Shown here in pieces: positions 11,951-26,500 of a stretch of DNA of 64,000 bases. A model generated the notes under the pieces. That model saw only the letters and a list, made by a program, of their open reading frames with translations, was not told the DNA's origin and searched no databases. The position numbers were made by a program, and so were the translations under genes. Within the stretch, counting starts at the first letter, position 1, and the number at the start of each line of letters is the position of its first letter. Origin of the DNA: Macrostomum hystrix (taxonomy: Eukaryota; Animalia; Platyhelminthes); NCBI GenBank assembly GCA_950097015.1, contig CATNEN010000030.1:4831895-4895894 (forward strand), written 5' to 3'.

Positions 11951-14900
11951 AAAAATGTGTTTAACATTACCAGCACTCACAGTCTGCAGGAAGATCGCAA
12001 TGCAGGGCCGACATCGAGCTTGCACTATATATAAGTTCCAGCTAGCTTTTCTCATGAATCGTAGTTTGCTGCTTTATTAGCACTTAATACAGGATTTCAC
12101 AGGTCTAGCTTCTTGCTTGACAATGAAGAGTTTTAAGAACAATTAAAGCACCTTTTACGCGCTCAAGAACAGCTTGTCGCGTGCTACTTGCAAGGAGTGC
12201 GTTACACTGCTAATTCAGCACAGAGTATTGGCGCTGATGGCAATTTGCTGGATTGAAAAATGTGTTTAACATTACCAGCACTCACAGTGTGCAGGAAGAT
12301 GGCAATGCAGGGCTGACATCGAGCTTGCACTATATATAAGTTCCAGCTAGCTTTTTTCATGAATCGTAGTTTGCTGCTTTATTAGCACTTAATACAGGAT
12401 TTCACAGGTCTAGCTTCTTGCTTGACAATGAAGAGTTTTAAGAACAATTAAAGCACCTTTTACGCGCTCAAGAACAGCTTGTCGCGTGCTACTTGCAAGG
12501 AGTGCGTTACGCTGCTATTTCAGCACAGAGTATTGGCGCTCATCGCAATTTGCTGGATTGAAAAATGTGTTTAACATTTCCAGCACTCACAGTGTGCAGG
12601 AAGATGGCAATGCAGGGCTGACATCGAGCTTGCGCTATATATAAGTTCCAGCTAGCTTTTCTCATGAATCGTAGTTTGCTGCTTTATTTATAAGTTCCAG
12701 CTAGCTTTTCTCATGAATCGTAGTTTGCTGCTTTATTAGCACTTAATACAGGCTTTCACAGGTCTAGCTTCTTGCTTGACAATGAAGAGTTTTAAGAACA
12801 ATTAAAGCACCTTTTACGCGCTCAAGAACAGCTTGTCGCGCGCTACTTGCACGGAGTGCGTTACGCTGCTATTTCAGCGCAGAGTATAGGCGCTGATGGC
12901 AATTTGCTGTATTGAAAAATGTGTTTAACATTACCAGCACTCACAGTCTGCAGGAAGATCGCAATGCAGGGCCGACATCGAGCTTGCACTATATATAAGT
13001 TCCAGCTAGCTTTTCTCATGAATCGTAGTTTGCTGCTTTATTTATAAGTTCCAGCTAGCTTTTGTCATGAATCGTAGTTTGCTGCTTTATTAGCACTTAA
13101 TACAGGCTTTCACAGGTCTAGCTTCTTGCTTGACAATGAAGAGTTTTAAGAACAATTAAAGCACCTTTTACGCGCTCAAGAACAGCTTGTCGCGTGCTAC
13201 TTGCAAGGAGTGCGTTACGCTGCTATTTCAGCACAGAGTATTGGCGCTGATGGCAATTTGCTGGATTGAAAAATGTGTTTAACATTACCAGCACTCACAG
13301 TGTGCAGGAAGATGGCAATGCAGGGCTGACATCGAGCTTGCGCTATATATAAGTTCCAGCTAGCTTTTCTCATGAATCGTAGTTTGCTGCTTTATTTATA
13401 AGTTCCAGCTAGCTTTTCTCATGAATCGTAGTTTGCTGCTATATTTATAAGTTCCAGCTAGCTTTTCTCATGAATCGTAGTTTGCTGCTTTATTAGCACT
13501 TAATACAGGCTTTCACAGGTCTAGCTTCTGGCTTAACAATGAAGAGTTTTAAGAACAATTAAAGCACCTTTTACGCGCTGAAGAACAGCTTGGCGCGTGC
13601 TGCTTGCAAGGAGTGCGTTACGCTGCTAATTCAGCACAGAGTATTGGCGCTGATGGCAATTTGCTGGATTGAAAAATGTGTTTAACATTACCAGCACTCA
13701 CAGTGTGCAGGAAGATGGCAATGCAGGGCTGACATCGAGCTTGCGCTATATATAAGTTCCAGCTAGCTTTTCTCATGAATCGTAGTTTGCTGCTTTATTA
13801 GCACTTAATACAGGCTTTCACAGGTCTAGCTTCTTGCTTAACAATGAAATGTTTTAAGAACAATTAAAGCACCTTTTACGCGCTGAAGAACAGCTTGGCG
13901 CGTGCTGCTTGCAAGGAGTGCGTTACACTGCTAATTCAGCACAGAGTATTGGCGCTGATGGCAATTTGCTGGATTGAAAAATGTGTTTAACATTACCAGC
14001 ACTCACAGTGTGCAGGAAGATGGCAATGCAGGGCTGACATCGAGCTTGCACTATATATAAGTTCCAGCTAGCTTTTTTCATGAATCGTAGTTTGCTGCTT
14101 TATTAGCACTTAATACAGGATTTCACAGGTCTAGCTTCTTGCTTGACAATGAAGAGTTTTAAGAACAATTAAAGCACCTTTTACGCGCTCAAGAACAGCT
14201 TGTCGCGTGCTACTTGCAAGGAGTGCGTTACGCTGCTATTTCAGCACAGAGTATTGGCGCTCATCGCAATTTGCTGGATTGAAAAATGTGTTTAACATTT
14301 CCAGCACTCACAGTGTGCAGGAAGATGGCAATGCAGGGCTGACATCGAGCTTGCGCTATATATAAGTTCCAGCTAGCTTTTCTCATGAATCGTAGTTTGC
14401 TGCTTTATTTATAAGTTCCAGCTAGCTTTTCTCATGAATCGTAGTTTGCTGCTTTATTAGCACTTAATACAGGCTTTCACAGGTCTAGCTTCTTGCTTGA
14501 CAATGAAGAGTTTTAAGAACAATTAAAGCACCTTTTACGCGCTCAAGAACAGCTTGTCGCGTGCTACTTGCAAGGAGTGCGTTACGCTGCTATTTCAGCA
14601 CAGAGTATTGGCGCTGATGGCAATTTGCTGGATTGAAAAATGTGTTTAACATTACCAGCACTCACAGTGTGCAGGAAGATGGCAATGCAGGGCTGACATC
14701 GAGCTTGCGCTATATATAAGTTCCAGCTAGCTTTTCTCATGAATCGTAGTTTGCTGCTATATTTATAAGTTCCAGCTAGCTTTTCTCATGAATCGTAGTT
14801 TGCTGCTATATTTATAAGTTCCAGCTAGCTTTTCTCATGAATCGTAGTTTGCTGCTTTATTAGCACTTAATACAGGATTTCACAGGTCTAGCTTCTTGCT

Positions 14901-17499
14901 TAACAATGAAGAGTTTGAAGAACAATTAAAGCACCTTTTACGCGCTCAAGAACAGCTTGGCGCGTGCTGCATGAAAGGAGTGCTTTACGGTGCTATTTCA
15001 GCACAGAGTATTGGCGCTGATGGCAATTTGCTGGATTGAAAAATGTGTTTAACATTACCAGCACTCACAGTGTGTAGGAAGATGGCAATGCAGGGCTGAC
15101 ATCGAGCTTGCGCTATACATAAGTTCCAGCTAGCTTTTCTCATGAATCGTAGTTTGCTGCTTTATTAGCACTTAATACAGGATTTCACAGGTCTAGCTTC
15201 TGGCTTGACAATGAAGAGTTTTAAGAACAATTAAAGCACCTCTTACGCGCTGAAGAACAGCTTGGCGCGTGCTGCTTGCAAGGAGTGCGTTACGCTGCTA
15301 TTTCAGCACGGAGTATTGGCGCTGATGGCAATTTGCTGAATTGAAAAATGTGTTTAACATTACCAGCACTCACAGTGTGCAGGAAGATGGCAATGCAGGG
15401 CTGACATCGAGCTTGCGCTATATATAAGTTCCAGCTAGCTTTTCTCATGAATCATAGTTTGCTGCTTTATTAGCACTTAATACAGGCTTTCACAGGTCTA
15501 GCTTCTGGCTTGACAATGAAGAGTTTTAAGAACAATTAAAGCACCTTTTACGCGCTGAAGAACAGCTTGGCGCGTGCTGCTTGCAAGGAGTGCGTTACGC
15601 TGCTAATTCAGCACAGAGTATTGGCGCTGATGGCAATTTGCTGGATTGAAAAATGTGTTTAACATTACCAGCACTCACAGTGTGCAGGAAGATGGCAATG
15701 CAGGGCTGACATCGAGCTTGCGCTATATATAAGTTCCAGCTAGCTTTTCTCATGAATCGTAGTTTGCTGCTATATTTATAAGTTCCAGCTAGCTTTTCTC
15801 ATGAATCGAAGTTTGCTGCTATATTTATAAGTTCCAGCTAGCTTTTCTCATGAATCGTAGTTTGCTGCTTTATTAGCACTTAATACAGGATTTCACAGGT
15901 CTAGCTTCTTGCTTAACAATGAAGAGTTTGAAGAACAATTAAAGCACCTTTTACGCGCTCAAGAACAGCTTGGCGCGTGCTGCATGAAAGGAGTGCTTTA
16001 CGGTGCTATTTCAGCACAGAGTATTGGCGCTGATGGCAATTTGCTGAATTGAAAAATGTGTTTAACATTACCAGCACTCACAGTGTGCAGGAAGATGGCA
16101 ATGCAGGGCTGACATCGAGCTTGCGCTATATATAAGTTCCAGCTAGCTTTTCTCATGAATCATAGTTTGCTGCTTTATTAGCACTTAATACAGGCTTTCA
16201 CAGGTCTAGCTTCTGGCTTGACAATGAAGAGTTTTAAGAACAATTAAAGCACCTTTTACGCGCTGAAGAACAGCTTGGCGCGTGCTGCTTGCAAGGAGTG
16301 CGTTACGCTGCTAATTCAGCACAGAGTATTGGCGCTGATGGCAATTTGCTGGATTGAAAAATGTGTTTAACATTACCAGCACTCACAGTGTGCAGGAAGA
16401 TGGCAATGCAGGGCTGACATCGAGCTTGCGCTATATATAAGTTCCAGCTAGCTTTTCTCATGAATCGTAGTTTGCTGCTTTATTAGCACTTAATACAGGC
16501 TTTCACAGGTCTAGCTTCTTGGTTAACAATGAAGATTTTGAAGAACAATTAAAGCACCTTTTACGCGCTCAAGAACAGCTTGGCGCGTGCTGCATGAAAG
16601 GAGTGCTTTACGCTGCTATTTCAGTACAAAGTATTGGCGCTGATGGCAATTTGCTGGATTGAAAAATGTGTTTAACATTACCAGCACTCACAGTGTGCAG
16701 GAAGATGGCAATGCAGGGCCAACATCGAGCTTGCGCTATATATAAGTTCAAGCTAGCTTTTCTCATGAATCGTAGTTAGCTGCTTTATTAGCACTTAATA
16801 CAGGCTTTCACAGGTCTAGCTTCTTGCTTAACAATGAAATGTTTTAAGAACAATTAAAGCACCTTTTACGCGCTGAAGAACAGCTTGGCGCGTGCTGCTT
16901 GCAAGGAGTGCGTTACACTGCTAATTCAGCACAGAGTATTGGCGCTGATGGCAATTTGCTGGATTGAAAAATGTGTTTAACATTACCAGCACTCACAGTG
17001 TGCAGGAAGATGGCAATGCAGGGCTGACATCGAGCTTGCACTATATATAAGTTCCAGCTAGCTTTTTTCATGAATCGTAGTTTGCTGCTTTATTAGCACT
17101 TAATACAGGATTTCACAGGTCTAGCTTCTTGCTTGACAATGAAGAGTTTTAAGAACAATTAAAGCACCTTTTACGCGCTCAAGAACAGCTTGTCGCGTGC
17201 TACTTGCACGGAGTGCGTTACGCTGCTATTTCAGCACAGAGTATAGGCGCTGATGGCAATTTGCTGTATTGAAAAATGTGTTTAACATTACCAGCACTCA
17301 CAGTCTGCAGGAAGATCGCAATGCAGGGCCGACATCGAGCTTGCACTATATATAAGTTCCAGCTCGCTTTACTCATGAATCGTAGTTTGCTGCTTTATTT
17401 ATAAGTTCCAGCTAGATTTTGTCATGAATCGTAGTTTGCTGCTTTATTAGCACTTAATACAGGCTTTCACAGGTCTAGCTTCTTGCTTGACAATGAAGA

Positions 17500-20400
17500 G
17501 TTTTAAGAACAATTAAAGCACCTTTTACGCGCTCAAGAACAGCTTGTCGCGTGCTACTTGCAAGGAGTGCGTTACGCTGCTATTTCAGCACAGAGTATAG
17601 GCGCTGATGGCAATTTGCTGTATTGAAAAATGTGTTTAACATTACCAGCACTCACAGTCTGCAGGAAGATCGCAACGCAGGGCCGACATCGAGCTTGCAC
17701 TATATATAAGTTCCAGCTAGCTTTTCTCATGAATCGTAGTTTGCTGCTTTATTAGCACTTAATACAGGATTTCACAGGTCTAGCTTCTTGCTTGACAATG
17801 AAGAGTTTTAAGAACAATTAAAGCACCTTTTACGCGCTCAAGAACAGCTTGTCGCGTGCTACTTGCAAGGAGTGCGTTACGCTGCTATTTCAGCACAGAG
17901 TATTGGCGCTCATCGCAATTTGCTGGATTGAAAAATGTGTTTAACATTTCCAGCACTCACAGTGTGCAGGAAGATGGCAATGCAGGGCTGACATCGAGCT
18001 TGCGCTATATATAAGTTCCAGCTAGCTTTTCTCATGAATCGTAGTTTGCTGCTTTATTTATAAGTTCCAGCTAGCTTTTCTCATGAATCGTAGTTTGCTG
18101 CTTTATTAGCACTTAATACAGGCTTTCACAGGTCTAGCTTCTTGCTTAACAATGAAATGTTTTAAGAACAATTAAAGCACCTTTTACGCGCTGAAGAACA
18201 GCTTGGCGCGTGCTGCTTGCAAGGAGTGCGTTACACTGCTAATTCAGCACAGAGTATTGGCGCTGATGGCAATTTGCTGGATTGAAAAATGTGTTTAACA
18301 TTACCAGCACTCACAGTGTGCAGGAAGATGGCAATGCAGGGCTGACATCGAGCTTGCACTATATATAAGTTCCAGCTAGCTTTTTTCATGAATCGTAGTT
18401 TGCTGCTTTATTAGCACTTAATACAGGATTTCACAGGTCTAGCTTCTTGCTTGACAATGAAGAGTTTTAAGAACAATTAAAGCACCTTTTACGCGCTCAA
18501 GAACAGCTTGTCGCGTGCTACTTGCAAGGAGTGCGTTACGCTGCTATTTCAGCACAGAGTATTGGCGCTCATCGCAATTTGCTGGATTGAAAAATGTGTT
18601 TAACATTTCCAGCACTCACAGTGTGCAGGAAGATGGCAATGCAGGGCTGACATCGAGCTTGCGCTATATATAAGTTCCAGCTAGCTTTTCTCATGAATCG
18701 TAGTTTGCTGCTTTATTTATAAGTTCCAGCTAGCTTTTCTCATGAATCGTAGTTTGCTGCTTTATTAGCACTTAATACAGGCTTTCACAGGTCTAGCTTC
18801 TTGCTTGACAATGAAGAGTTTTAAGAACAATTAAAGCACCTTTTACGCGCTCAAGAACAGCTTGTCGCGTGCTACTTGCACGGAGTGCGTTACGCTGCTA
18901 TTTCAGCGCAGAGTATAGGCGCTGATGGCAATTTACTGTATTGAAAAATGTGTTTAACATTACCAGCACTCACAGTCTGCAGGAAGATCGCAATGCAGGG
19001 CCGACATCGAGCTTGCACTATATATAAGTTCCAGCTAGCTTTTCTCATGAATCGTAGTTTGCTGCTTTATTAGCACTTAATACAGGATTTCACAGTTCTA
19101 GCTTCTTGCTTGACAATGAAGAGTTTTAAGAACAATTAAAGCACCTTTTACGCGCTCAAGAACAGCTTGTCGCGTGCTACGAGTACTTGCACGGAGTGCG
19201 TTACGCTGCTATTTCAGCACAGAGTATAGGCGCTGATGGCAATTTGCTGTATTGAAAAATGTGTTTAACATTACCAGCACTCACAGTCTGCAGGAAGATC
19301 GCAACGCAGGGCCGACATCGAGCTTGCACTATATATAAGTTCCAGCTAGCTTTTCTCATGAATCGTAGTTTGCTGCTTTATTAGCACTTAATACAGGATT
19401 TCACAGGTCTAGCTTCTTGCTTGACAATGAAGAGTTTTAAGAACAATTAAAGCACCTTTTACGCGCTCAAGAACAGCTTGTCGCGTGCTACTTGCAAGGA
19501 GTGCGTTACGCTGCTATTTCAGCACAGAGTATTGGCGCTCATCGCAATTTGCTGGATTGAAAAATGTGTTTAACATTTCCAGCACTCACAGTGTGCAGGA
19601 AGATGGCAATGCAGGGCTGACATCGAGCTTGCGCTATATATAAGTTCCAGCTAGCTTTTCTCATGAATCGTAGTTTGCTGCTTTATTTATAAGTTCCAGC
19701 TAGCTTTTCTCATGAATCGTAGTTTGCTGCTTTATTAGCACTTAATACAGGCTTTCACAGGTCTAGCTTCTTGCTTAACAATGAAATGTTTTAAGAACAA
19801 TTAAAGCACCTTTTACGCGCTGAAGAACAGCTTGGCGCGTGCTGCTTGCAAGGAGTGCGTTACACTGCTAATTCAGCACAGAGTATTGGCGCTGATGGCA
19901 ATTTGCTGGATTGAAAAATGTGTTTAACATTACCAGCACTCACAGTGTGCAGGAAGATGGCAATGCAGGGCTGACATCGAGCTTGCACTATATATAAGTT
20001 CCAGCTAGCTTTTTTCATGAATCGTAGTTTGCTGCTTTATTAGCACTTAATACAGGATTTCACAGGTCTAGCTTCTTGCTTGACAATGAAGAGTTTTAAG
20101 AACAATTAAAGCACCTTTTACGCGCTCAAGAACAGCTTGTCGCGTGCTACTTGCAAGGAGTGCGTTACGCTGCTATTTCAGCACAGAGTATTGGCGCTCA
20201 TCGCAATTTGCTGGATTGAAAAATGTGTTTAACATTTCCAGCACTCACAGTGTGCAGGAAGATGGCAATGCAGGGCTGACATCGAGCTTGCGCTATATAT
20301 AAGTTCCAGCTAGCTTTTCTCATGAATCGTAGTTTGCTGCTTTATTTATAAGTTCCAGCTAGCTTTTCTCATGAATCGTAGTTTGCTGCTTTATTAGCAC

Positions 20401-21000
20401 TTAATACAGGCTTTCACAGGTCTAGCTTCTTGCTTGACAATGAAGAGTTTTAAGAACAATTAAAGCACCTTTTACGCGCTCAAGAACAGCTTGTCGCGTG
20501 CTACTTGCACGGAGTGCGTTACGCTGCTATTTCAGCGCAGAGTATAGGCGCTGATGGCAATTTACTGTATTGAAAAATGTGTTTAACATTACCAGCACTC
20601 ACAGTCTGCAGGAAGATCGCAATGCAGGGCCGACATCGAGCTTGCACTATATATAAGTTCCAGCTAGCTTTTCTCATGAATCGTAGTTTGCTGCTTTATT
20701 AGCACTTAATACAGGATTTCACAGTTCTAGCTTCTTGCTTGACAATGAAGAGTTTTAAGAACAATTAAAGCACCTTTTACGCGCTCAAGAACAGCTTGTC
20801 GCGTGCTACGAGTACTTGCACGGAGTGCGTTACGCTGCTATTTCAGCACAGAGTATAGGCGCTGATGGCAATTTGCTGTATTGAAAAATGTGTTTAACAT
20901 TACCAGCACTCACAGTCTGCAGGAAGATCGCAATGCAGGGCCGACATCGAGCTTGCACTATATATAAGTTCCAGCTAGCTTTTCTCATGAATCGTAGTTT
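17500..21000. repeat. Higher-order repeat, period 1629 bp (5 monomers + 2 x 49 + 6-bp insertion)
   Basis: The GAGTAC insertion lies at 19181 and 20810; the GCAACGCAG variant at 17672 and 19301. Boundaries are approximate. Confidence 0.85.
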
Positions 21001-23599
21001 GCTGCTATATTTATAAGTTCCAGCTAGCTTTTCTCATGAATCGTAGTTTGCTGCTATATTTATAAGTTCCAGCTAGCTTTTCTCATGAATCGTAGTTTGC
21101 TGCTTTATTAGCACTTAATACAGGCTTTCACAGGTCTAGCTTCTGGCTTAACAATGAAGAGTTTTAAGAACAATTAAAGCACCTTTTACGCGCTGAAGAA
21201 CAGCTTGGCGCGTGCTGCTTGCAAGGAGTGCGTTACGCTGCTAATTCAGCACAGAGTATTGGCGCTGATGGCAATTTGCTGGATTGAAAAATGTGTTTAA
21301 CATTACCAGCACTCACAGTGTGCAGGAAGATGGCAATGCAGGGCTGACATCGAGCTTGCGCTATATATAAGTTCCAGCTAGCTTTTCTCATGAATCGTAG
21401 TTTGCTGCTTTATTAGCACTTAATACAGGCTTTCACAGGTCTAGCTTCTTGCTTAACAATGAAATGTTTTAAGAACAATTAAAGCACCTTTTACGCGCTG
21501 AAGAACAGCTTGGCGCGTGCTGCTTGCAAGGAGTGCGTTACACTGCTAATTCAGCACAGAGTATTGGCGCTGATGGCAATTTGCTGGATTGAAAAATGTG
21601 TTTAACATTACCAGCACTCACAGTGTGCAGGAAGATGGCAATGCAGGGCTGACATCGAGCTTGCACTATATATAAGTTCCAGCTAGCTTTTTTCATGAAT
21701 CGTAGTTTGCTGCTTTATTAGCACTTAATACAGGATTTCACAGGTCTAGCTTCTTGCTTGACAATGAAGAGTTTTAAGAACAATTAAAGCACCTTTTACG
21801 CGCTGAAGAACAGCTTGGCGCGTGCTGCTTGCAAGGAGTGCGTTACACTGCTAATTCAGCACAGAGTATTGGCGCTGATGGCAATTTGCTGTATTGAAAA
21901 ATGTGTTTAACATTACCAGCACTCACAGTCTGCAGGAAGATCGCAATGCAGGGCCGACATTGAGCTTGCACTATATATAAGTTCCAGCTCGCTTTACTCA
22001 TGAATCGTAGTTTGCTGCTTTATTTATAAGTTCCAGCTAGCTTTTGTCATGAATCGTAGTTTGCTGCTTTATTAGCACTTAATACAGGATTTCACAGGTC
22101 TAGCTTCTTGCTTGACAATGAAGAGTTTTAAGAACAATTAAAGCACCTTTTACGCGCTGAAGAACAGCTTGGCGCGTGCTGCTTGCAAGGAGTGCGTTAC
22201 GCTGCTAATTCAGCACAGAGTATTGGCGCTGATGGCAATTTGCTGGATTGAAAAATGTGTTTAACATTACCAGCACTCACAGTGTGCAGGAAGATGGCAA
22301 TGCAGGGCTGACATCGAGCTTGCGCTATATATAAGTTCCAGCTAGCTTTTCTCATGAATCGTAGTTTGCTGCTTTATTAGCACTTAATACAGGCTTTCAC
22401 AGGTCTAGCTTCTTGCTTAACAATGAAATGTTTTAAGAACAATTAAAGCACCTTTTACGCGCTGAAGAACAGCTTGGCGCGTGCTGCTTGCAAGGAGTGC
22501 GTTACACTGCTAATTCAGCACAGAGTATTGGCGCTGATGGCAATTTGCTGGATTGAAAAATGTGTTTAACATTACCAGCACTCACAGTGTGCAGGAAGAT
22601 GGCAATACAGGGCTGACATCGAGCTTGCACTATATATAAGTTCCAGCTAGCTTTTTTCATGAATCGTAGTTTGCTGCTTTATTTATAAGTTCCAGCTAGC
22701 TTTTCTCATGAATCGTAGTTTGCTGCTTTATTAGCACTTAATACAGGCTTTCACAGGTCTAGCTTCTTGCTTGACAATGAAGAGTTTTAAGAACAATTAA
22801 AGCACCTTTTACGCGCTCAAGAACAGCTTGTCGCGTGCTACTTGCACGGAGTGCGTTACGCTGCTATTTCAGCACAGAGTATAGGCGCTGATGGCAATTT
22901 GCTGTATTGAAAAGTGTGTTTAACATTACCAGCACTCACAGTCTGCAGGAAGATCGCAATGCAGGGCCGACATCGAGCTTGCACTATATATAAGTTCCAG
23001 CTCGCTTTACTCATGAATCGTAGTTTGCTGCTTTATTTATAAGTTCCAGCTAGCTTTTGTCATGAATCGTAGTTTGCTGCTTTATTAGCACTTAATACAG
23101 GCTTTCACAGGTCTAGCTTCTTGCTTGACAATGAAGAGTTTTAAGAACAATTAAAGCACCTTTTACGCGCTCAAGAACAGCTTGTCGCGTGCTACTTGCA
23201 AGGAGTGCGTTACGCTGCTATTTCAGCACAGAGTATTGGCGCTGATGGCAATTTGCTGGATTGAAAAATGTGTTTAACATTACCAGCACTCACAGTGTGC
23301 AGGAAGATGGCAATGCAGGGCTGACATCGAGCTTGCGCTATATATAAGTTCCAGCTAGCTTTTCTCATGAATCGTAGTTTGCTGCTATATTTATAAGTTC
23401 CAGCTAGCTTTTCTCATGAATCGTAGTTTGCTGCTATATTTATAAGTTCCAGCTAGCTTTTCTCATGAATCGTAGTTTGCTGCTTTATTAGCACTTAATA
23501 CAGGATTTCACAGGTCTAGCTTCTTGCTTAACAATGAAGAGTTTGAAGAACAATTAAAGCACCTTTTACGCGCTCAAGAACAGCTTGGCGCGTGCTGCA

Positions 23600-26500
23600 T
23601 GAAAGGAGTGCTTTACGGTGCTATTTCAGCACAGAGTATTGGCGCTGATGGCAATTTGCTGGATTGAAAAATGTGTTTAACATTACCAGCACTCACAGTG
23701 TGTAGGAAGATGGCAATGCAGGGCTGACATCGAGCTTGCGCTATATATAAGTTCCAGCTAGCTTTTCTCATGAATCGTAGTTTGCTGCTTTATTAGCACT
23801 TAATACAGGATTTCACAGGTCTAGCTTCTGGCTTGACAATGAAGAGTTTTAAGAACAATTAAAGCACCTTTTACGCGCCGAAGAACAGCTTGGCGCGTGC
23901 TGCTTGCAAGGAGTGCGTTACGCTGCTATTTCAGCACAGAGTATTGGCGCTGATGGCAATTTGCTGAATTGAAAAATGTGTTTAACATTACCAGCACTCA
24001 CAGTGTGCAGGAAGATGGCAATGCAGGGCTGACATCGAGCTTGCGCTATATATAAGTTCCAGCTAGCTTTTCTCATGAATCATAGTTTGCTGCTTTATTA
24101 GCACTTAATACAGGCTTTCACAGGTCTAGCTTCTGGCTTGACAATGAAGAGTTTTAAGAACAATTAAAGCACCTTTTACGCGCTGAAGAACAGCTTGGCG
24201 CGTGCTGCTTGCAAGGAGTGCGTTACGCTGCTAATTCAGCACAGAGTATTGGCGCTGATGGCAATTTGCTGGATTGAAAAATGTGTTTAACATTACCAGC
24301 ACTCACAGTGTGCAGGAAGATGGCAATGCAGGGCTGACATCGAGCTTGCGCTATATATAAGTTCCAGCTAGCTTTTCTCATGAATCGTAGTTTGCTGCTT
24401 TATTAGCACTTAATACAGGCTTTCACAGGTCTAGCTTCTTGGTTAACAATGAAGATTTTGAAGAACAATTAAAGCACCTTTTTCGCGCTCAAGAACAGCT
24501 TGGCGCGTGCTGCATGAAAGGAGTGCTTTACGCTGCTATTTCAGTACAAAGTATTGGCGCTGATGGCAATTTGCTGGATTGAAAAATGTGTTTAACATTA
24601 CCAGCACTCACAGTGTGCAGGAAGATGGCAATGCAGGGCCAACATCGAGCTTGCGCTATATATAAGTTCCAGCTAGCTTTTCTCATGAATCGTAGTTTGC
24701 TGCTTTATTAGCACTTAATACAGGCTTTCACAGGTCTAGCTTCTTGCTTAACAATGAAATGTTTTAAGAACAATTAAAGCACCTTTTACGCGCTGAAGAA
24801 CAGCTTGGCGCGTGCTGCTTGCAAGGAGTGCGTTACACTGCTAATTCAGCACAGAGTATTGGCGCTGATGGCAATTTGCTGGATTGAAAAATGTGTTTAA
24901 CATTACCAGCACTCACAGTGTGCAGGAAGATGGCAATGCAGGGCTGACATCGAGCTTGCACTATATATAAGTTCCAGCTAGCTTTTTTCATGAATCGTAG
25001 TTTGCTGCTTTATTAGCACTTAATACAGGATTTCACAGGTCTAGCTTCTTGCTTGACAATGAAGAGTTTGAAGAACAATTAAAGCACCTTTTACGCGCTC
25101 AAGAACAGCTTGGCGCGTGCTGCATGAAAGGAGTGCTTTACGGTGCTATTTCAGCACAGAGTATTGGCGCTGATGGCAATTTGCTGGATTGAAAAATGTG
25201 TTTAACATTACCAGCACTCACAGTGTGTAGGAAGATGGCAATGCAGGGCTGACATCGAGCTTGCGCTATATATAAGTTCCAGCTAGCTTTTCTCATGAAT
25301 CGTAGTTTGCTGCTTTATTAGCACTTAATACAGGATTTCACAGGTCTAGCTTCTGGCTTGACAATGAAGAGTTTTAAGAACAATTAAAGCACCTTTTACG
25401 CGCCGAAGAACAGCTTGGCGCGTGCTGCTTGCAAGGAGTGCGTTACGCTGCTATTTCAGCACAGAGTATTGGCGCTGATGGCAATTTGCTGAATTGAAAA
25501 ATGTGTTTAACATTACCAGCACTCACAGTGTGCAGGAAGATGGCAATGCAGGGCTGACATCGAGCTTGCGCTATATATAAGTTCCAGCTAGCTTTTCTCA
25601 TGAATCATAGTTTGCTGCTTTATTAGCACTTAATACAGGCTTTCACAGGTCTAGCTTCTGGCTTGACAATGAAGAGTTTTAAGAACAATTAAAGCACCTT
25701 TTACGCGCTGAAGAACAGCTTGGCGCGTGCTGCTTGCAAGGAGTGCGTTACGCTGCTAATTCAGCACAGAGTATTGGCGCTGATGGCAATTTGCTGGATT
25801 GAAAAATGTGTTTAACATTACCAGCACTCACAGTGTGCAGGAAGATGGCAATGCAGGGCTGACATCGAGCTTGCGCTATATATAAGTTCCAGCTAGCTTT
25901 TCTCATGAATCGTAGTTTGCTGCTTTATTAGCACTTAATACAGGCTTTCACAGGTCTAGCTTCTTGGTTAACAATGAAGATTTTGAAGAACAATTAAAGC
26001 ACCTTTTTCGCGCTCAAGAACAGCTTGGCGCGTGCTGCATGAAAGGAGTGCTTTACGCTGCTATTTCAGTACAAAGTATTGGCGCTGATGGCAATTTGCT
26101 GGATTGAAAAATGTGTTTAACATTACCAGCACTCACAGTGTGCAGGAAGATGGCAATGCAGGGCCAACATCGAGCTTGCGCTATATATAAGTTCCAGCTA
26201 GCTTTTCTCATGAATCGTAGTTTGCTGCTTTATTAGCACTTAATACAGGCTTTCACAGGTCTAGCTTCTTGCTTAACAATGAAATGTTTTAAGAACAATT
26301 AAAGCACCTTTTACGCGCTGAAGAACAGCTTGGCGCGTGCTGCTTGCAAGGAGTGCGTTACACTGCTAATTCAGCACAGAGTATTGGCGCTGATGGCAAT
26401 TTGCTGGATTGAAAAATGTGTTTAACATTACCAGCACTCACAGTGTGCAGGAAGATGGCAATGCAGGGCTGACATCGAGCTTGCACTATATATAAGTTCC

